The translations under genes and the position numbers were made by a program. Shown one piece after another: positions 55,659 to 64,000 of a stretch of 64,000 nucleotides of DNA. How positions within the stretch are numbered: the stretch's first letter is position 1; every line of letters starts with the position of its first letter. The notes under the pieces were generated by a model. That model searched no databases, was not told the origin of the DNA, and saw only the letters and a program-made list of their open reading frames with translations. Source of the stretch: Rebecca billardiae RCC1528 (taxonomy: Eukaryota > Protista > Haptophyta); assembly GCA_965240325.2 (NCBI GenBank), contig OZ251227.1, positions 1,984,001 through 2,048,000 of the forward strand, read 5' to 3'.

Positions 55659-57376
55659 ATGCAGCGAGGCCGCGGCGGCGGGCGGGGCGGCGGGCGCACT
55701 GGTGCGAAGGCTGGCGACGTCACCGAGATGGGTGGGATGAAGCTCATCGCCGTGCAGCAGGGCGGCAGTCTCGTGTGGAAGCCGCTGGATGCCGCCGACG
55801 GCGTCGCGGGCGCCACCAACGGCTCGGCACCCGGCGGCGAGCGCGCAAAGGATGAGGCCAAGTGGATGGAGGAGAAGCAGAAGGAGATCGAGCAGCTGCG
55901 CGTGCGCGAGAGCCGCCAACGCGCCGCGCAGAAGAAGGCCGAGATCCAGGCCGTCCCCGGCCTCGCGCCGCGCGGGCGTGGCGGAGGGCGCCGCGCCAAC
56001 GGCCAAGCGGAGCTGCCTCCAGAGCCGGCGCAGCTGCGCCAGCTGCGCGCGGAGGCCGAGCAGGCGCGCAAGGTGCGGATGGACGTCAACAATCCGCGCC
56101 AGTACCAGGTGATCGCCGAGGCGCTCGCGGCGCACGAAGCCGACTACGCGGCGCGATGCGAGGCAGCTCGTGAGCGCGCGTACGCAGCGCGCCGCGCGCG
56201 GGTCGGCGGTCTCAAGGCGGCCGCCGGCGAGGAGGACGAGGAGGACGAGGAGGATGAGGTGTGTGCACGCGTGTCGGCCGAGCGCTCGAGCTCGCTCGTG
56301 CTCGCAGCCGTCCGCAGGCCAGGCCGAGCCGCGCGCGCCAGGCCGAGCCCGTGCCCACGCTGCCGCCAACCTCCCGCCATCGCCCCTGCCCCCGCCCCCC
56401 CCTCCCTCCCACTGTGGCGCAGGATCGCTTCGCCCGCGTGGCGCAGCTCACAGAGGAGGAGTTCAGGGCGCTCGCCCTGCAGCGCGCCGAGCGCGCGCGC
56501 ACCGACGTGTCCGCAGACGAGCCGGCCGATCCCATCCACGCCGCGCCGCCAGCTCCGCCCGTTGCCGCTGCCACCGCCACCGGCCGCGGCCGTGGGCGCG
56601 GCGGGGCGGCAGCAGCAGCGTCGGCTGGGGCCGGGACAGGACCGGCTGTGCGCGGGAGAGGGCGTGGGCGTGGTGGTGCCTCCGGCCGGGGGCCATCGCC
56701 CGCGGCCGCCGCGCTCGACCTCGCGAGCCCTCACTCCGTGGACGCACACACAGCGCACGGCTTCCATCCTACTGACCCAGGCGCTGCGACCGACGCTGCC
56801 AATGGCGTTGCGCACGTGGCGCCGCGCGGTGGCGGCGCGCGAGGGCGCGGTCGCTCAGCGCGCGGCGCGGGGCCAGGTGCGCACGCCGCGGCCGGCGCCA
56901 CTCTGCCCCACAACGAGTCCGCCGCGGGCGTTGCAGGCGGCAGCGGCGCCGCACACGACGGGGCTCCGCACGGCCAAGCGGTGGCGCACCCGCACGCTCA
57001 CCAGCGCGCCGGTGGCAGGGGCGCGAGCGCGCGCGCGAATGGCGAGACCGAGCAGCGCAACGGCGGCGAGGGCGGCGCGGGGCAGCGCGCGCGCCCGGCC
57101 GAGCGCGCGCTCTACGTGCCCCCGGCCCGCTCCGGTCGAGGCCGCGGCCGCGGAGGCGGCGGCGCGGCCATCGATGGCGCCAGCCCGGCCTGTGCCGCTG
57201 CCGAGTACGGCGGTGCGGCCGCCGCGCAGCCTGGCTCAGGCGTCGGGCACGAGCACGCCACGCCCATCGGCCAGAGCCGCGGCGCGCACTCTGGCGTGGT
57301 GATCCGAGGGCGTGGGCGCGGCGGCGGCGGCGGAGGCCGCGGCGTGCGGGGCACGCTGTGGGTGCCCACTGACTGA
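55659..57376 (+). CDS. RGG/RG-rich protein with coiled-coil and acidic tract (putative RNA-binding); exons 55659-56258, 56423-57376
   Basis: MQRGRGGGRGGG, several RGRG boxes, LYVPPAR motif; phase-0 GT-AG intron 56259-56422. Confidence 0.7.
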
Positions 57377-60192
57377 GAGGCCTGACTGCCAGGGACTGAC
57401 ACCGCTGGCACCACCGCCGCCGCCGCCGCCGCCGCGGCCGCCGCCGCGAGTGCTGCTGCGGCCGCTGCTGCTCACCACTGCTGCCCGCTGGCTCGCAGCT
57501 CGCGGCCGCCAACCCGTCGACGGCCGATCGGGCCGGCACGCGCCAGCGCGTACGCACGACGGCCCTTCCTCTCGGCATGCATCCCAGGCAGTACGCCCGC
57601 GCGCTGCCCCAGATAGGCACGACACACGCGCACTGCCGGCCTGGTGCCCGCGCGTTGCCTGATGCCCTCCCGCCTCGCTGCGAGCGGCTACGGCTCACGG
57701 CCAAGGGGTGCATGCTGCGCTCCTGGTGCCGGCGCGCTGGCCGCCACGCCTGGTCGGATCGCACGCCGCCGTCTCGGCGGCCGCGACTGGCGCAGAGCAT
57801 GGCAGGGCGGACGATCCACAATCGACGAAGCGTCGCCTTCCCTCCGGCCGCTGGCTGCCTGCCCAGCTGGCTGCTACGACCGACTCGGCCGTCACCTCAG
57901 CCGCCACCGTCGGCTGTTCGCTCGCCGCATGGGCCGCTGGGCCCCACCACGACGCCGTGCGGGCTGCACCGACTTGCCCAGCGCCAGCCCCATCGGCCCC
58001 GCGCCCTGCGCCGCAGGGCTGCGTGGCGCCCCTCGGCGCGGATGCGTGCAGGGAGCAACTCCGCCGTGTGCGCTGCACCTCACTCCTTGTCCGCACAGCC
58101 TTGGGGCCACCGAGAAGCACTCTTTCGGGACCGCCTGGCTGGCCGTTGCGCACCCAGGTGGGCCATCATCGCCTGGGCTCACAATCTGTCCATCGAAACG
58201 ACCATCCTCGTCGTTCCGGAGCACAGGCACGCTCGGTGCAAGCTCCCTGCTTCCGCAGCCCAGGCTCCGGCCGCAGGTCGGACCGGTGGGGCACGTTATT
58301 CGCTAGTCGTCACTGACACTTGACGATGATGATTGCTTCATATCGGAATCGGATGATATGGCGCCGCGGCCCCCACTCGGCCAGCCGCGCGGCGCGCAGC
58401 CATCATGCGTCGCGCCCGGCCGGCGCCGCCGGCGGGCCGGCGACGCCCGAGCCGGGCGCCCCGCGCGGAGCGGGCGCTGACTTATTGGCGGACACTACGA
58501 TTCCTACACTGCTTATTATTACGACTTACATTAGGAGTGACTGACTGGCGCGGACTAGTCCGCCAGTCCGGACAGCGCCGCCGCTCCGAGACAGTCGGGC
58601 GCCAGAGAAGCGGAGGCGTGATCGTCCCGCTCCCACTCCCAGGATATCCACGCCGGAGGCGGAGTCTAAGTCTGCGACGCCATCACGGTTCATTCGTCCA
58701 CGACGAGGCTACTAAAGTACTGAGCTAGCTATACAGTACTACTGGCTGGCGGGAGTAGTAGACGATGACCGATCGGCCGTGATAAATCCGAATCATGCAT
58801 ACGACTATACTATACTTAGCTTACTGACTAGTCACTACTCGCGTCGTCGGTCGTGCCAGCTGACACTGCATGTACTTACTATGTCGTAGATAGTCGACTC
58901 TAATCAGGCGTCATGAAAATTGAAATTCAGCTGACGCCAGGCTCAGTCACTCAGTCTGACTCAGTGCCGCTGGCCGCTAAATTTTGCCAGCAGCATGATG
59001 AAAATGCCCATGTCCAGGCGCCTGAAGTAGATCGGCTACTGTCGGAGTCTGTCCGTGTTTTGTCCCCAGCAGCCCCCTCATTCCTCAGAGCCTCGGCGTT
59101 CAACTCGTCGGGCGATCTTGCGGCGTCGGTGCGCCTGCCGCGCTGTCCGCGCCCTCAACCAAGGCCTCAACCGGGCACGCGTTCCGAGTGCGCGCTTACA
59201 ACAGCGGCGAGTCGAGCGGCCGATGTCCGACCCCAGCCATCAGACCGAATGCCGCTGCAAGCACGATCGTAATCTGGCCGTGCTGGGCAAAATGATGGCC
59301 TCGCTCACCGCTCGCCTTCACCGCGTGCATCTTGCAACAGCCGCACCTGCGTCGATGATAACACGCGCGATCCTGACTGATGCTCGCCACTTGCTAGTTG
59401 CTCGAGCGATGGAGCCGCAGGCCGACGCCGTGCTCTGCGGTGCTTTAGCTGATGCTCCAGCTGATGCCGCATGGACCAGTTGGCGAATGCGCGGACGGAT
59501 ACGTTCAACAAGCCATACGGGCGCGCAGCCAGCGGACACGGCTCGCCTAGTCCAGTGGTACACGAGAGTACAGGTAAAGTAGATATGGTCATATGGAGCA
59601 GATATGGGGCTCAAGTTTTGTCCCGTTGGAACTTGAGCCCGGTTTGGCGCCCACGCGGCGAGGGCGACGACGGGCGTACACGGGGCCCGCGGCGGCGGGA
59701 AGCGCGCGGGCGTGGCCGAGAACGGCACGGTCCGGACTCCGGACGCCTCTCGCCAGCTGCTGCGGACGCGCACCGCGCCTCCTCCTCGCACGCTGCTAAC
59801 TTGATCCGGGGCCATGCGGTGTTTTGCTGCCGACCAGCTCAAGTTCCACGGCTGGTCAAGGTTCGGCTTGCGACATCGCCGCCGGTGCTTGCAAGAAGGT
59901 ACACGATTTGGTCGAACTCCCGCGCGCCCGCTCGGGCTCTGCGCTTGTCGACGCCCTCTGAAGGCGACTCGGGGGGCATGCGGGGCAGTGGAATCAGGAA
60001 TGCAGTGGGTCAGAATTGACTCTCAGTCGTCCAGCGCGCGGGCCTGGCGTAGCGCGGATGTGGTGCGCGCATGGCCCGGTAATGCGGTCGCGACATGTCT
60101 GCCTGGTCTAGAGCACTTCGCTTGGAAATGCGGGGTCAAATTCCACTTCGGCTCAAGTTCCAACGAGCGCTCCATCAAGGCTCGATCCATAC

Positions 60193-60263
60193 TGCGTCTC
60201 TTATTCTTAGTAAAGCTCCATACTGCGTCTCTGTACTACAGTTTACTAAGAATAAGAGACGCA
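60193..60263. repeat. Perfect 22-bp inverted repeat (60193-60214 / 60242-60263)
   Basis: tgcgtctcttattcttagtaaa ... tttactaagaataagagacgca; 20 bp of the arm recurs at 48352-48371. Confidence 0.9.
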
Positions 60264-60383
60264 CACAGCTCAGGCAGGAGTACACAGTGCGCTAACCGCC
60301 ACCGAAAGTTGAATTGGCAGAATCGGCCGATTCCGCGATCAGGGACGTTTTCGCGGCGGCCGGCCGCCATCGCTGGCGCAGCC

Positions 60384-61125
60384 ATCCGCGCGCGAACACG
60401 CGCGCGCAGCGACGCCAGCCGCATGGCGTGCGCCAAGACGGGGGGCGGCTGAGTTCTGCATCACCTACGCTCGTTCGGGCTCGCGGGTCATGCCTCCCAT
60501 TGCGGCCGCCTCCGTCCGCCTTTGACCAGAGTGCGCGTGCAGGTGCGCCAGCAGTCTGCGACATCGCCTCCAGCGCGCCGCGCCACACCGCGGCTGACAG
60601 GGGGGTCTAGGAGGGAATCGCAGAAAGTTACGTGGCTGAAATTGTTCGGTGTACACGCATCATCAAACCTAGCACAGCTGCGTTTCGCCGTTGACGAGCT
60701 GCACCCCCCCTCAATTCGCGGGCTCCCCGCGGTCGCTTCGCGAGCAGGAACATCTGAAATCCGCACGCGAACATGCGCGCGCAGAGACGCCAGCCGCATG
60801 GCGTGCGCCAAGACGGGGGGCGGCTGAGTTATGCATCACTCACGCTCGTTCGGGCTCGCGGGTCATGCCTCCCATCGCGGCCGCCTCCGTCCGCCTCTGA
60901 CCGGAGTGCGCGTGCCGGGCGCTCGGCAGCCTGCGCGCGCACCTCGCGCGCGCCGCGCCACACGGCGGCTCACAGCGGGGTCGAGGAGGGCATCGCAGAA
61001 AGTTACGTGGCTGAAATTGTTCGGTGTACACGCATGGCCAAGTGCATCACAGCTGCGTTCCACTGTTCACGAGCTGCACCCCCTTGCATTCGCGGGCGCG
61101 CCGCGGCCGCCGCTCGCGCAGGCGC
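60384..61125. repeat. Diverged 375-bp tandem duplication, non-coding
   Basis: gcatggcgtgcgccaagacggggggcggctgagtt at 60421/60796; cagaaagttacgtggctgaaattgttcggtgtacacgcat at 60621/60996. Confidence 0.92.
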
Positions 61126-63429
61126 ATGGGATCCACGTGTTGGCTCGATCATCGGGATCAAGCGGGCTGCGCAGGCAGTGGGCTGGCGTACGAGCTCACT
61201 ACACGCGCAGTGTCAGAATACGCTGCATCAGGTGTGCCCCGTCGGCTGTGCTGCTGAGCATACGGCACACGACGGGCACTCGAGCAGTCCGGCCGTGCGA
61301 GGAGCCCGAGCATCCCAGCTGGCGTGCGAGCGGCTTACCGGGCGCAGCTGATGCACGAGCACCCTGCGTTGCGCACCAAAGGTGTCAAGAGCACGCGTTC
61401 TCGCCATCCAGTCGTATCTTTCGGCCTCCATGCGCTCACGGCCAAGGAGATGATCTGCGCGCGTACGCGCGCGCTGCCGATTCCCGAGGAGTGCATGAGG
61501 GGGTCGGGTTGCCTCCACAGGGGCACCTGAGCTTGACTCGAGGGCTGAGTGGAGCAGGCGACGAAAGACGCACGACGAGTGTCTGGGGTCTCCTCGTGGC
61601 GCGCTTGCACGTTTTCGGCGCATCACCATCACTGTGCTGACTTCGCGGCCGGCGTCGCCTGCTGGCTGCGGCGCCCCGACCGCTGCCCGTGACCGTGTGC
61701 TGACCCGCTCCGACCGCACCGTGTCCGCGCAGGCGCAGCTGCCAGACTCGCAGCATAAGAGTAGCGGCCTATGGCTATAGCCCGGTCGTAGCTTGATGTG
61801 CGCGCGTAAAGGAGGAGGAGTAGACGTCGTATCAAGCGACCTGCTCGCCTGCTGCTAATAAAATATACGCGTGATGATCGCGGCTCTGACGGATCGGACC
61901 GAATAATGGATTCCAGCGTGCCCGCGCGGCGAAGGCACCGGCCACGGGCACGGACCACGGCCACTCGGCAGCTTCATGGCGCGTCGTGTCGGCGGACGGC
62001 TGGCTGGCGGATGAGTCGGCAGGCTTGGGGAGCCCGCGAGCGCGGCACGCCACGCTGTTTGCATACTGTAGTTGCGCATCGCCTCTTCGTAGACGCGCGC
62101 CTCACTCTCAGCTGAGCTCGGGCCGTCGGGTGCGACGACGGCTGGCGGGAGCCGCTGACCGTGTCCGTGACATCATGACGACCGACCGCGAACTCCGACC
62201 TGGCTGACGGCAGCACTTGCGAGCAGCGCAGCACGGCGCGGCGCGTTGCGGCCTGCGGCGCGGCGTGGCGGTGGGCCCGCGTGACACGCTGCCAGCGTCA
62301 CGGACAAGCGAGACCCCGCCCCGTCTCCGCAGCGCCGCGCTCACATGTGACCACGACCTGCACAACACGGGCCGTGGTCAGAAAGCCGTCGCACGCGCGT
62401 TCACTTACGCGGCAACTTGGTGCTGAGCGCCAGCCGAGAGGTAGTGGCGACGACGACAGCCACTCCAGGTCGATGTGCACCTGCGTCTGTGCCCGGGTGC
62501 CGCTGGGATGCGATTGAGGATGAGAGCTTGCGGCAGCATGCCCTGACATGAGCAGCGGTCAGTTTGGAGAGCGTGAGTCGTGCCAGCACGCGAGAGCAGA
62601 CGTGCACGTTTCGAGCAGCCGAGCTGTACCATGAACGTCAGCAATCTAGCGCGCATGCCGCGCACCCGAAAGAGCTGACCATCTCCGCGTGCTCAGAGCA
62701 GCCGGCGGCGCGCTCGCAGAGTCGCTTCGGAGTCGCTTTGCGGCCGTCTCGGCGCGTGTCATGTGGAGCTGCTCTCGAGGCGAAGGAGGAGGATGGCGTT
62801 GATCAGCGCCGCTGAAGACTAGGACTAGGCTCTCTCGCGAGGTCCGCCGCGCGGTCTACGCCGCCGATCACGGCCTCTTGAGGACGGTCGGCCAGCGCGC
62901 GCGTCGGCAGCCATCGTGACGCCTCTCATTCAACTTTCGGCCCGTGTTAGCGCACTGTGTAATGGTATGATTTAAGCTTTCTCATGACAGGACCCCCTGT
63001 CCCTACCGATCTTGACTAATTTTTTACTTATTGGCTGAGAATATTCTACACAACTTTTAGGCGAGCATAGCTACCATTCCATCTAAAACTACCCACTACC
63101 GCGTGATGAACGATCAGTGCAATTAACGATGCTGAAATCCGCGCAGCGAGGGGGCACTTATGGAGTAGTGTGGGTCCCCTGATTGGCTGGTTTTTCTTTC
63201 CGGTAAGCTGTGATTCGCGGGAAAGTTCACCGACGATTGGCTAAAGACGGTAATGTGGGTATGCATCGACCCAAACCACCTGTCAAGTACCGATCGCAAA
63301 TTAGAAATTGCTGTAGTGCGAGTTCGGAGTGCCGAGAGCAACTCCGCATCCAGCACGAGGCCGGACGAGAGGTCATCAACGCGTCGAGCACATCTGCACC
63401 TGGCTGACCACGCAGAGTGGCGAGCCTTG

Positions 63430-64000
63430 ATGGTGACCGGTCCCGCTGGCCGCGCGCTTGGGCTCATCGCATTGCTCCTCAACACATGCCACCACACAGC
63501 AGCAGCCTGCGACACCGACGCTGACTGCGGCACGAGCTCGTACTGTACCGGACTCGGCTACTGGTCCTTTTGCACTGCGTGCTTGACCTGCACCGGCTCC
63601 TGGTGCGGGCGCGCGCCGGGTTGTTACTCCCCGCCCCCACCGCCATCGCCACCGCCGCCGCCGCCGACGTGCTCATCGCACACGACCTGCGCGTGGGACG
63701 AGTTCTGCCGCGACAACAACTGGCCGTATGCCGACAGATGCGACGACTGCGACGACTGCGACCCTGGTTCATCATCCACCAACTCCATCGACGGCAGCTG
63801 CGACCACTGCCCGGCGCCATCCGATGGCAGCTGCCGCGCGCACACGCACTGCCCGAGCAACAGCTTCTGCTACGACGATGGACCGCTGGGCTGGAGCGAC
63901 TTCGTCTGCAGGCAGTGCGACGACTGCACTGCTGGTTTCACTGGCAACTCTGTCGACGGCGACTGCTTGGGGCCGTGCCCGCCGTGCACGGCGCACGACG
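63430..64000 (+). CDS. Secreted Cys-rich repeat protein, 3'-partial (absent from the ORF track)
   Basis: Hand translation: MVTGPAGRALGLIALLLNTCHHTAAA-CDTDADC..PPPPPSPPPPPP-CSSHTTC..FC..CDDCDDC..NSIDGSC..CRAHTHC..FC..CRQCDDC..NSVDGDC; open to the window end. Confidence 0.8.
   Translation, partial: MVTGPAGRALGLIALLLNTCHHTAAACDTDADCGTSSYCTGLGYWSFCTACLTCTGSWCGRAPGCYSPPPPPSPPPPPPTCSSHTTCAWDEFCRDNNWPYADRCDDCDDCDPGSSSTNSIDGSCDHCPAPSDGSCRAHTHCPSNSFCYDDGPLGWSDFVCRQCDDCTAGFTGNSVDGDCLGPCPPCTAHD

Noticed and set aside
58900-62900. Lower-GC broken ORFs as a possible transposase/RT or Myb remnant
   Set aside because: No diagnostic motif is recognisable; probably decayed TE sequence, but it cannot be classified without a search
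1-64000. CRISPR arrays, rRNA, tRNA, telomeric repeats
   Set aside because: None recognised by eye; the repeats lack repeat-spacer structure

Overview
Very GC-rich eukaryotic nuclear DNA with short GT-AG introns (one probable GC-AG). The intron style and the signal-plus-transit-peptide N-termini suggest a haptophyte alga; this is inference. About 24 protein genes are supported: TEL2, a PDZ protein, Mpv17/PMP22, an OFA-type MFS transporter, an LRR-TM receptor-like protein, an AGTRAP-like protein, mitochondrial PDH E1-alpha, a TM-TIR-like protein, a YkgJ/CxxCxxCC protein, a TKL pseudokinase, a TPR protein, a PEBP-like membrane protein, a glycosyltransferase-like protein, a cyclophilin, AP-2 alpha-adaptin, a tesmin/CXC protein, vasohibin and several hypotheticals. 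Many are arranged as tight head-to-head pairs. Most long ORFs in the supplied track are GC-driven shadow frames. The most notable signals are: (1) PDH E1-alpha carrying an N-terminal peripheral-subunit/E3-binding domain that normally belongs to E2/E3BP; (2) two non-autonomous Helentron-like elements with matching termini but unrelated interiors, one containing a decayed gene-like fragment; (3) an LRR gene built from phase-2 exons of 72 nt multiples, near a membrane TIR-like gene and a pseudokinase. The last ~16 kb is rich in repeats and TE remnants.
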